Source: Candidatus Saccharimonadota bacterium
GTDB lineage: Bacteria; Patescibacteriota; Gracilibacteria; UBA4473
Length of the DNA: 32,000 nucleotides
Assembly: GCA_030429505.1 (NCBI GenBank)
Contig: JAUIFI010000001.1
Coordinates: 390,001 to 422,000, forward strand
Reading direction: 5' to 3'
Positions 9,301-18,295 of this stretch are shown piece after piece. Position 1 is the stretch's first letter. Each line of letters opens with the position of its first letter. The notes under the pieces are model-generated. The model was not told the origin of the DNA. It saw nothing but the letters and a program-made list of their open reading frames with translations, and did no database searches. Both the position numbers and the translations under genes were made by a program.

Positions 9301-9653
9301 TCTTGGTTTTCAGGAGTTGTAGGAGCATTAGCATCCCCCAAAATCCTTTTAGCCCAGATTTTCCAATACTTAGGCATGATTTGATATTTTCCAATTGCCT
9401 TATCCCCTTTTTTATGTTCACTGCTATGAGTAATTTCTTTTCCCTCAGCATTATAAGGGTCAGGATGGTTTGGAGTTTCTACTCCAGCAATACCTACAAG
9501 TAGATCTGGTAAAATAACTTCAGCTTTCAAATCCTCAATAGCTTCAGATGCAAAAGCTTGAAGATCAACCTCATTTTTAAGTGCTTCAAATTGAGAAGTG
9601 AGAAATTGACGGGTTTTATTCATGTCTTCAGAGTTATTAGGAGGATTGGTCAT
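6393..9653 (-). CDS. 1086-aa protein with N-terminal SLT-type lytic transglycosylase domain and ~900 aa of unassigned sequence
   Basis: Residues ~50-165 read LLVGIAGVETPNH...AIGKYQIMPKYWKIW...PENQDKIAGTVLLEYYEE...AAVKWYGNNG. This parallels the SLT motifs ES / GLMQIMP.TW / dPe.Ni.aG..YL / AYNAG. No signal peptide or TM helix. The rest is acidic with no motif I recognise. Confidence 0.85.
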   Translation of the reverse strand: MTNPPNNSEDMNKTRQFLTSQFEALKNEVDLQAFASEAIEDLKAEVILPDLLVGIAGVETPNHPDPYNAEGKEITHSSEHKKGDKAIGKYQIMPKYWKIWAKRILGDANAPTTPENQDKIAGTVLLEYYEEALKDGNSVADAIKIAAVKWYGNNGKDLKTVDDISAQKAPGRRKSPKQYAEDCSKIVFERIGIRSVLDKAIARLAEPSEDFDMTERELLTEFFTVLKTSLDVGDAQFMMESFAKLLEDHSKPIDHARIDEFFGSLQQELGISEVEPSHEELERIEKVADVGAPKLTDLLAHPQVVEKHPDLMKAAGEGSVDSIKSQVRSIIEAELAEWAYGNRQAIEKYKAGKQSKAVGEAYDKASGEVESTSQGVGIDQRTVQWGTEGLGDMVGVGEKVFEGDFSSFTEGMSRFPTGGILAIVFPPDQMELLRSALAEHGTGLFTPKGRNQGVKELGDKSVDELIDGAVDEVVPSTIDIAKLREIAGGLDTDPDALYQEIVEANGLRELTLKEGKDMKFLDRKMRTVGDEYLDTSWERLYKKYVLATGKMALDFYAWLPQSGISTWERITKLFQKVMLLFKDVFGDEEERTSEIRDELEVILGKPVKEYTRREKEGFERQRDNLLKIYNEDQNAPQKTMSISDIDSLEEWPHYKLENNLSALETIFAERGQDNILGVAAGKNLTIETLLEIYESQNDLWLNGENLSFKGSTDVIPWDDEAIADAIDARQESRLETNKNSLITLMESNTKILFSYGADFSKITFADILEHINDNNEFVADENDQNEEITQAYKKIWDLISHPDHIERFIILFSDLAYIEAKDSGEIEGEGALSYKTLDYIAQYPTDIRILLNDDPEINNNPHVGIIGSDSGDLKVKLDGLWVDFDNFNENLNELFRNEAFVNEIRRRMAEDSGEEYVPEHEDSNIRDIKNRRSKGDLDDVEKVRFWEDLEQEDGSTLFFWVGKDDEGNNITLKAKELFQKFAKNDDLSENERMVKDVVEAMNGPHRQIIYTFFSQLRESGADTVLKGSPIELSILQELNKISDIAIVKHKGKLKAILIREDGKNGEIVFADMAVFKTLLHNFVVQP

Positions 9654-9678
9654 GAGAAAATATCATACAATTCACAAG

Positions 9679-9695
9679 ATTATACCATAAAATAT

Positions 9696-9707
<12 letters not shown>
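9679..9707 (-). promoter_or_regulatory. Putative strong promoter of the 1086/138/909 operon (TTGTGG-17-TGgTATAAT)
   Basis: The minus strand reads TTGTGG (9707-9702), caatagatattttatgg, TATAAT (9684-9679), with TG at the extended -10 position. It lies 25 nt upstream of ATG 9653. Confidence 0.5.
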
Positions 9708-12064
<2,357 letters not shown>

Positions 12065-12136
12065 AAAAAGCGTACCAATATTAGATCTCTCTAACATCAG
12101 CACGCTTTTAACACATAAGTAGAGCATAAAGACGAA

Positions 12137-12595
12137 TCATGCAACTTGGGACAAATATAAGTAATCTCGATCAAATATTTGACTTTGATTAGCACAGTAA
12201 GCTCGATGCTCTTGGTTAAAAGTCTTATCATGAAAATGACCTTCAAGCATCTTCTTTACAAACTCCCTACACGCTACTGGATTTTCTCCCCCAATCGCCT
12301 TTTGATAAAAGAAGAAAATTTCGCATGCATGTCGGATCCGATTTAGCTGGCGCAAATAAAAAGCTATTTCTTGCAATCTCTTTTGGGGAGATTGCCAATA
12401 GACATCATATTCAATACGAAATACACAATCATCAAAATGCACCCCCAAGACCGAAAGAACTGATCTTCGACACAAGGCTCGTTGTTCTCTGCAACCATTT
12501 TGCTTTCTGCAAAATTGCCGAATAGCGATAGCATGAAGAACAGAAATAACTTCCCCTTTAGTATCCTCTTGCGGTATACATACTACTACTGTCAT
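12137..12595 (-). CDS. 152-aa Cys-rich cytoplasmic protein, unknown function
   Basis: ORF with a canonical SD (AAGGAG, 8 nt before the ATG), which is rare in this window. Contains 8 Cys and no signal peptide. No family recognised. Confidence 0.65.
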   Translation of the reverse strand: MTVVVCIPQEDTKGEVISVLHAIAIRQFCRKQNGCREQRALCRRSVLSVLGVHFDDCVFRIEYDVYWQSPQKRLQEIAFYLRQLNRIRHACEIFFFYQKAIGGENPVACREFVKKMLEGHFHDKTFNQEHRAYCANQSQIFDRDYLYLSQVA

Positions 12596-12748
12596 AACAA
12601 ATACTCCTTATTATCGCGAGTCCTTCCCACTCACGAAGTGTCCAAAACGAAAGTCGAAAATCTGATTAAATCATTCCTTCTTTAAACATACAAAGATGTT
12701 TGGAAGGAGCGATCAATCATTCTTCGACAATAATTTCAAATAACTTGT

Positions 12749-12787
12749 AAAAAGATTAAACTTTCATTAAAAATGAGTCAAGTTTAA
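12749..12787 (-). terminator. Putative intrinsic terminator after the 345-aa gene
   Basis: The minus strand reads TTAAACTTGACTCATTtttAATGAAAGTTTAA (13-bp AT-rich stem with a 3-nt bulge) followed by TCTTTTT. It starts 13 nt after the stop at 12800. Confidence 0.4.
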
Positions 12788-12799
12788 TTTTATTTAAAA

Positions 12800-13828
12800 T
12801 TAATCAAGAAATTCGTCAACCCTCATTTCAATCGCCCAGAACTCATCATTTTCATCTTCAAACCGCTCAGCCATCTCATTCAATTTACGATAATAACGAA
12901 CATCCTTGTAAAAACCTTTTGCAGATGCAGAAGGATAATTCCAAGCAACTCTAGCTCGATCAAAGTCTCCTTTATATTCCTTTTTTTTCTCCACTAAAAA
13001 GGTAATCAACTTGTCAATCTGAAAACGATAATCATGCCACTCGGAATTTGCACGATAAAAAGTCTCTGCATCCACTCGATGATGAGCACAGGTATTAAAT
13101 TGTACCAACCCTAAAGAACAAGAATGTAAATAATCTTTAATAGGCATACCATACCGCTGAAAACGAAAACAATAATCCTCTGCCCCATTTCGAGCTCGAC
13201 ACCATTGATCACCTTTTCCGTCGACAGTCCATCTACTATTTTCTACTTGGATCTGATGAACAAGTTTATGCGCTTCTTCTATCGTAAGCCCTCTATCCAA
13301 AGCTTCATTTTGGGCATACACCATCTTTTCCACAATCTCAAATGGAACCTTGGGAGAATATAAGTAAGCCCTTCCTTTCTTCATCCCCAGACTTCGGAAA
13401 GCCTGGCGCTTCGCGCTCTCCCCATTCACACAATGATTCAATGCTCCGTCATGCGTCTGACATGAACGAACATCAATTCCAGAAGGAACTACATTCAAAT
13501 TCCCTGCAAAAATCCTGTGACACTCAGCCTGCTGACAAAAAAGCGACACATCATCATCCATCCCCTCAAAATCAAATAATTGATCCTTCACATACTGACA
13601 TCGAACCTGAAGTTTCTCTAGACAAGCTTTAGAAAAAGCACGTTCAGCCTCTCGAAACGACATTTCAGCCTTTTCATAAACATGAAGAGAATCATTATAC
13701 GCTTCTTTATAATCACTATAATCAGAAAAAAAACGATCCAGAAAAGCAGCATGAGTCTTCAAGAAAAAAAACAAAATCACCACACTGAAAAACCCAAGAA
13801 CAAGCCGAAAATATTGACGTTTTTTCAT
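12800..13828 (-). CDS. Membrane-anchored/secreted Cys-rich protein with a probable divergent SLT (lytic transglycosylase) fold
   Basis: N-terminal signal/anchor MKKRQYFRLVLGFFSVVILFFFLKTHA (ATG 13828; the track start 13837 is GTG). Contains 10 Cys. IQVENSRW ... SLGLVQF ... RARVAWNYPSAS parallels the SLT motifs QESAW / GLMQI / AAYNAGPG, with a ~30-aa insertion. Confidence 0.7.
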   Translation of the reverse strand: MKKRQYFRLVLGFFSVVILFFFLKTHAAFLDRFFSDYSDYKEAYNDSLHVYEKAEMSFREAERAFSKACLEKLQVRCQYVKDQLFDFEGMDDDVSLFCQQAECHRIFAGNLNVVPSGIDVRSCQTHDGALNHCVNGESAKRQAFRSLGMKKGRAYLYSPKVPFEIVEKMVYAQNEALDRGLTIEEAHKLVHQIQVENSRWTVDGKGDQWCRARNGAEDYCFRFQRYGMPIKDYLHSCSLGLVQFNTCAHHRVDAETFYRANSEWHDYRFQIDKLITFLVEKKKEYKGDFDRARVAWNYPSASAKGFYKDVRYYRKLNEMAERFEDENDEFWAIEMRVDEFLD

Positions 13829-13880
13829 ATTGAACACAATTTTGATTCTTTAAAAGAGTAAAAGAATACTTTTAAAAAAG

Positions 13881-13918
13881 CAAAAAAAAGAAGTTGTCAT
13901 ACATTGCATGACAACTTC
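13881..13918 (-). terminator. Rho-independent terminator (perfect 11-bp stem + U8) after the 57-aa ORF
   Basis: GAAGTTGTCAT / ATGACAACTTC (13890-13900 / 13908-13918) with a 7-nt loop. On the minus strand it is followed immediately by TTTTTTTT (complement of 13881-13888). Confidence 0.65.
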
Positions 13919-13929
13919 ATAAGTAGTTT

Positions 13930-14103
13930 TTAGGGACGTCCACGACGTGATATCGCTTGCTCCCCTATAGACCCAGCCCGCCTAGGCACAAACCGCTCAG
14001 AACTATCATCCACGTCAGGACGAGTGTCTCCTTTAGTACGCCTTCTTGAGGGACGTCTGTGACGCCCTTTATCAGGATTCTTGTTTGGTTTACGATACTT
14101 CAT
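13930..14103 (-). CDS. Unlisted 57-aa Arg-rich basic small protein (MKYRKPNKNPDKGRHRRPSRRRTKGDTRPDVDDSSERFVPRRAGSIGEQAISRRGRP)
   Basis: Hand-translated and below the ORF-track size cut-off. AGGAG lies 7 nt upstream of ATG 14103 and TAA at 13930-13932. A clean terminator starts 11 nt downstream. It is visibly more GC-rich than the flanks. It could alternatively be a structured RNA. Confidence 0.5.
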   Translation of the reverse strand: MKYRKPNKNPDKGRHRRPSRRRTKGDTRPDVDDSSERFVPRRAGSIGEQAISRRGRP

Positions 14104-14244
14104 ACAAAATCTCCTATTTTGTGAGTAAAATAAAATAAAACAAATATATCCTCTAACTCATTCCGGAAAGGCGAATAAAAAATAAATTCTATTTAAAATA
14201 CTGTCAACAGAAAACATAAAAATGAAATCAATACAGAAGTTTTT

Positions 14245-14272
14245 TTGACGAAGATTGATTTTTATTTATAGT
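14245..14272 (+). promoter_or_regulatory. Putative secD promoter (TTGACG-16-TATAGT)
   Basis: TTGACG 14245-14250 and TATAGT 14267-14272. It lies inside the TTG-initiated track extension, which argues for the ATG at 14309 as the true start. Confidence 0.45.
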
Positions 14273-14308
14273 TCACCAAGAAGAACATTTGAAACCCCTA
14301 CTGACCGA

Positions 14309-16444
14309 ATGAAACAACAGATCATTACACGTTTCCTCATTATTTTCGCTATTGCGGTAATATCTATCGTATTGGCTTTGCCCTCTGGAAGCTTTGGAGA
14401 TAGTTTTCTTGGTAAAAAACTGGAAAACTTTAAAATTACACTAGGACTAGATCTCGCAGGAGGAACGGAACTTGATTACAAGATAGACCTCTCTGAAGCA
14501 ATGGCTCAAAATAGTGACAATGATTCAGAAAACGACGTTAACATAAACGCTATTGCTGAATCCGTTCGTGATGCCTTAGAAAAAAGAGTAAATCCTGCTG
14601 GAGTTGGTGAAATTATCGTAAAAAGATCTCAAATCAACGATGAAGAACATATCATCATCCAAATGCCTCCTAGTAGTAATGTTGCTCAAGCTAAGCAAGA
14701 TGCCGAACAAGATAATCGCCTCGAATTTTTCGAAGAAAACCCCGATAAAGCAAAAAAAGCAAGGACCACCATCACAACTTATTTGGAAGATATTACACCT
14801 CAAAATTGGAATCAGAAAATCGAAGAACTAACACAGTTAGATAATGTTTTTCATAATACAGTATCAAAAGCACGCTTTAAAAGTGAAATAATCGACCAGG
14901 ATCTAGCTGAGAAAATATTTGCTACCACTCCCAATAGTATCATAAGAGAAATCATTGAAACACAAACTGAAATCGAAACTACCATTGATGAAAACGGACA
15001 AATTCAACTCACTTCATTCCCCAAAGACATCCTCGCTATTGTCAAAGTCAACGAAAGTCTTGAAGAAGATCGAGAAAAAACCACTCCTCCAAAAGCCAAA
15101 GTTCGCCATATACTCTTTGCCTATCCTGAAGCAACCAGAGCTCCAGAAGACGTCCATTATCAAAATCAAGAAGAAGCAAAAGCTAAAGCAGAAGAAACAC
15201 TCGAAAAATTGAAAAATGAAGGAACAGGAAATTTCGCCGACCTTGCAAAACAGCTCTCCACAGAACCCGCAGCCCAAGAAAGTGGTGGAGACTTAGGAGA
15301 GTTTGAACCCGGAAAAATGGTCGCTCAATTTGATGAAGCTGTCTTTAGCCGAGAAAAATCGGGTTTATTAGAAGAAGTCATAGAAACTCCTTTTGGCTTT
15401 CATGTGATTGAAGTTCTTTCAATTACACCGGAGGTTAAAGAAACAGTACGAGAAGAGAAAAGATCATACGAAATGATTGCTTGGGATATTAATGAAATAA
15501 TTTGGACTCCTACTCCACTGGGAGGAGCTCAACTAGAAAACGCTATTGTTGGCTACAATGAAATCGGACAACCACTAGTAAACCTACTCTTCGATAGTGA
15601 AGGAGGTGATATGTTTGCCGAATTAACTGGTAATGTTGCCAGTCGAAAATGTAATGACAATCCTTGTCGATTAGGAATAAAGGTGGGTGGTAATTGGATA
15701 ACACAACCCACAGTCCAGGAAAAAATAATTGGACGTAATGCTCAGATTACAGGACAGTTTACTTTTGAATCTGCCAAAAGACTTGCAGATGGACTTAATC
15801 TCGGAGCTATAGATGCCCCAGTCAATCTCAGTGGACAAACGACCATAACTCCGCAACTTGGTGAAGCTCAGCTTCAAAAAAGCTTGAAAGCAGGTTTTTA
15901 TGGATTTTTAGCCACAATAATTTTTATGATTATTATGTATCGCTTTGCTGGTTTTATAGCTGGCATAGCCCTTTTACTCTATGCAACACTTTTTATAACC
16001 ATTCTCAAAACTTGGCCAGAGAGCCTAGGTGGACCAATTGTTTTAAGCTTATCAGGAGTAGCCGGAATCGTGCTTTCTATTGGACTTGCAGTTGATGGAA
16101 ATATACTAATTTTTGAACGGCTAAAAGAAGAGCTTTTCAAAGGTAAATCTCTTCGACAAGCTGTAGATTTAGGGTTTGAAAGAGCTTGGTCTGCCATCCG
16201 AGACTCTAATCTCACAACCCTGCTCACTTGCATCATTCTATTCTCAACTGGAAGCTCCATTATCAAAGGATTTGCCATCACACTTATCGTAGGAACAATT
16301 CTCTCTATGTTTACAGCACTGACTTTATCAAGAAATCTTCTGCGCTTTACACTTCTTTCAAATTCTGTATCAAAAACAAACTGGTTTGGAGTATCACAAA
16401 AAAAGCTCAACAATACAAAATCCAATATCCGTAAAAGACACTAA
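14309..16444 (+). CDS. secD: Protein translocase subunit SecD with an inserted PrsA/PpiD-like parvulin PPIase module
   Basis: TM1 IITRFLIIFAIAVISIVLALP, then LGLDLAGGTELDY, EKRVNPAGVGEIIV..IIIQMP, a P1 domain, then C-terminal TM2-6 (GFYGFLATIIFMIIMY...LAVDGNILIFERLKEE...). A complete parvulin domain is embedded in the periplasmic region (see feature 15092-15424). Confidence 0.93.
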   Translation: MKQQIITRFLIIFAIAVISIVLALPSGSFGDSFLGKKLENFKITLGLDLAGGTELDYKIDLSEAMAQNSDNDSENDVNINAIAESVRDALEKRVNPAGVGEIIVKRSQINDEEHIIIQMPPSSNVAQAKQDAEQDNRLEFFEENPDKAKKARTTITTYLEDITPQNWNQKIEELTQLDNVFHNTVSKARFKSEIIDQDLAEKIFATTPNSIIREIIETQTEIETTIDENGQIQLTSFPKDILAIVKVNESLEEDREKTTPPKAKVRHILFAYPEATRAPEDVHYQNQEEAKAKAEETLEKLKNEGTGNFADLAKQLSTEPAAQESGGDLGEFEPGKMVAQFDEAVFSREKSGLLEEVIETPFGFHVIEVLSITPEVKETVREEKRSYEMIAWDINEIIWTPTPLGGAQLENAIVGYNEIGQPLVNLLFDSEGGDMFAELTGNVASRKCNDNPCRLGIKVGGNWITQPTVQEKIIGRNAQITGQFTFESAKRLADGLNLGAIDAPVNLSGQTTITPQLGEAQLQKSLKAGFYGFLATIIFMIIMYRFAGFIAGIALLLYATLFITILKTWPESLGGPIVLSLSGVAGIVLSIGLAVDGNILIFERLKEELFKGKSLRQAVDLGFERAWSAIRDSNLTTLLTCIILFSTGSSIIKGFAITLIVGTILSMFTALTLSRNLLRFTLLSNSVSKTNWFGVSQKKLNNTKSNIRKRH
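15092..15424 (+). other. PpiC/parvulin-type peptidyl-prolyl isomerase domain embedded in SecD
   Basis: KAKVRHILFAYPE..AEETLEKLKNEGTGNFADLAKQLSTEPAAQESGGDLGEFEPGKMVAQFDEAVFS..VIETPFGFHVIEVLSI aligns motif-for-motif with E. coli Par10 (HILV...FGKLAKKHS.CPSGKRGGDLGEF.QGQMVPAFDKVVFS...T.FGYHIIKVL). Confidence 0.85.
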
Positions 16445-16456
16445 TTCTTCCATCGT

Positions 16457-17356
16457 ATGAATATCACTAAATACAGAAAATTTTGGTTCATCTTTTCACT
16501 CATTCTGACGAGCTTAAGCATTATATCGGTAATAATATTTCGCTTTAATCTAGGACTAGATTTCACTGGAGGAGCTCGCTGGAATGTACAATTTCAAGAA
16601 GATATTCAACGCACACAAGTAGAAAGTTTTTTCAACAACCTTCAAGAACTAAAACAAGCCCCTCAAATTCAAACTACCGAAAATGGAGATTTTCTTATTA
16701 CTATAGAAGATTTGGAAGATGAAAAAATTCAAAACATAAGCGAAAAAATGAAAACCGAAATTGGAAACTTTGAAGATATTAGCTACCGAAAAGTTAATAG
16801 CTCTATTGGCGAAAGCTTTAAACGTAAATCTATGTACGCTGTCATCAGCGCAATCGTTGGAATTATTCTTTTTGTTGCTTTTTCTTTTCGAAAAATTCCA
16901 CGCTCAATAAATCCATGGCGGTTTGGTATGAGTGCCATCATTGCCCTTCTTCATGACATACTTATTATCCTAGGAGTTTTTGTCATACTTGGATACTTTT
17001 TGGACATAGAACTCGATCTTTCATTCTTAACAGCCCTCCTTGCTACCCTAGGTTTCTCTGTCAACGATACTATCGTCATTCTTGATCGTGTTAGAGAAAA
17101 TATTCGTACTCAAAAAGCATCGGAAACTTTTGAAGACTCCATAGAAAAATCAATCCAACAAACACTCAAACGATCTATAAATACCTCTCTCTCAACGCTT
17201 CTGCCACTCCTTTCTCTTCTTTTCTTTGGTGCTCAAGCAATCTTCTACTTCGTACTCGCACTCAGTATTGGTATTTTGATTGGAACTTATTCTTCTATCT
17301 TTTTAGTAGCTCCGCTACTCGTCAGCTGGAAAAACTGGGCCGACAAAAGAAACTAA
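16457..17356 (+). CDS. secF: Protein translocase subunit SecF
   Basis: N-terminal TM, LGLDFTGG, a periplasmic domain, then TM2-6 with LLHDILIILGVF and GFSVNDTIVILDRVRE. Confidence 0.93.
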   Translation: MNITKYRKFWFIFSLILTSLSIISVIIFRFNLGLDFTGGARWNVQFQEDIQRTQVESFFNNLQELKQAPQIQTTENGDFLITIEDLEDEKIQNISEKMKTEIGNFEDISYRKVNSSIGESFKRKSMYAVISAIVGIILFVAFSFRKIPRSINPWRFGMSAIIALLHDILIILGVFVILGYFLDIELDLSFLTALLATLGFSVNDTIVILDRVRENIRTQKASETFEDSIEKSIQQTLKRSINTSLSTLLPLLSLLFFGAQAIFYFVLALSIGILIGTYSSIFLVAPLLVSWKNWADKRN

Positions 17357-17365
17357 TCCTTCCTT

Positions 17366-18295
17366 ATGCTTATCGACCTCAAAGATGTCTTTAATCCAAA
17401 AACAACCTTTGGGAAAGTTTTTAACGCTCTCATTATCTCACTGATTTTTATATCACTCTCTATTATTCCACTTCATTTAATCTATAAAACCGGAAAAGAG
17501 CTTGATATTCTCATATTTATTGAAAAAATAACCCTCACAATTTTTACACTTGAGTATGCACTTCGCATATTCTTTGCTAAAAAACCATTCAAATACATTT
17601 TCTCTACCTGGGGTATTATTGATTTTCTAGCTATTGCTCCATACATACTCTTTCAAATGGGACTAATCACAATATGGCCCGCGTTCTTCCTTTTACTTCG
17701 AACACTTCGATTACTTAAATTTGGTCGACTACCAACGATTGAAGCTGAAGGAATAGAAAACTACGAACACTTTTCAATTCTCAAGAACGAAAAACTCCAA
17801 AGAATCGTCCAAAAACATCCCATTGTATTTCTTATACATATATTATTTCCGCTACTAATAACTTCAGCAGGACTTTTTATTCTGTCATTTTTTAACTTTG
17901 AATTTTTATCAGTTATTATTATCGGAATAGTCTTTTTTCTTCCTGCCATTCTACTTTACATAAAAAGCTGGCTTGACTACAAATTTGACGTGATATTCAT
18001 CACCAATAAAAGACTCATTATCCAAAGAAGAGAGCTTTTTGGTAGCACCTCTAATAACATTACATACGACTCCATATCAGACATCAATCAAGATAATAAA
18101 GGACTAATCAAAACGCTACTCAGAGTGGGCTCTATGACACTTGAAACCAGCGCTAGTGTCGCGAAAGTTAAGTTTCAATATATCCCACAATTTAAAGAAG
18201 TCTTACAGCTTATTAACCAAAACCAACAAAATTTTCTTAAAAACAAAGAAGACAACGAAGAAGAGTATGATAAATCTAAGTCTACTCAAAAATGA
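17366..18295 (+). CDS. Membrane protein: voltage-sensor-like domain (S1-S4, no pore) fused to a bPH_2 (YdbS/YdbT-like) domain
   Basis: S2 TLTIFTLEYALRIFF, S3 WGIIDFLAIAPYIL, S4 LLLRTLRLLKFGRL (R/K at every third position). There is no S5-P-S6 and no GYG filter. Two further TM helices and ...WLDYKFDVIFITNKRLIIQRRELFGSTSNNITYDSISDI..GSMTLET are typical of bPH_2. Confidence 0.8.
   Translation: MLIDLKDVFNPKTTFGKVFNALIISLIFISLSIIPLHLIYKTGKELDILIFIEKITLTIFTLEYALRIFFAKKPFKYIFSTWGIIDFLAIAPYILFQMGLITIWPAFFLLLRTLRLLKFGRLPTIEAEGIENYEHFSILKNEKLQRIVQKHPIVFLIHILFPLLITSAGLFILSFFNFEFLSVIIIGIVFFLPAILLYIKSWLDYKFDVIFITNKRLIIQRRELFGSTSNNITYDSISDINQDNKGLIKTLLRVGSMTLETSASVAKVKFQYIPQFKEVLQLINQNQQNFLKNKEDNEEEYDKSKSTQK

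Noticed and set aside
12137-13828. 152-aa protein as an immunity partner of the exported 345-aa SLT-like enzyme
   Set aside because: The 152-aa protein has no signal peptide or TM helix, so it cannot meet an exported enzyme. The genes are separated by a terminator and have separate promoter and SD signals.
14255-14308. TTG-initiated extension of secD
   Set aside because: It contains the TTGACG-16-TATAGT promoter. MKQQIITRFLIIF is a normal SecD N-terminus.
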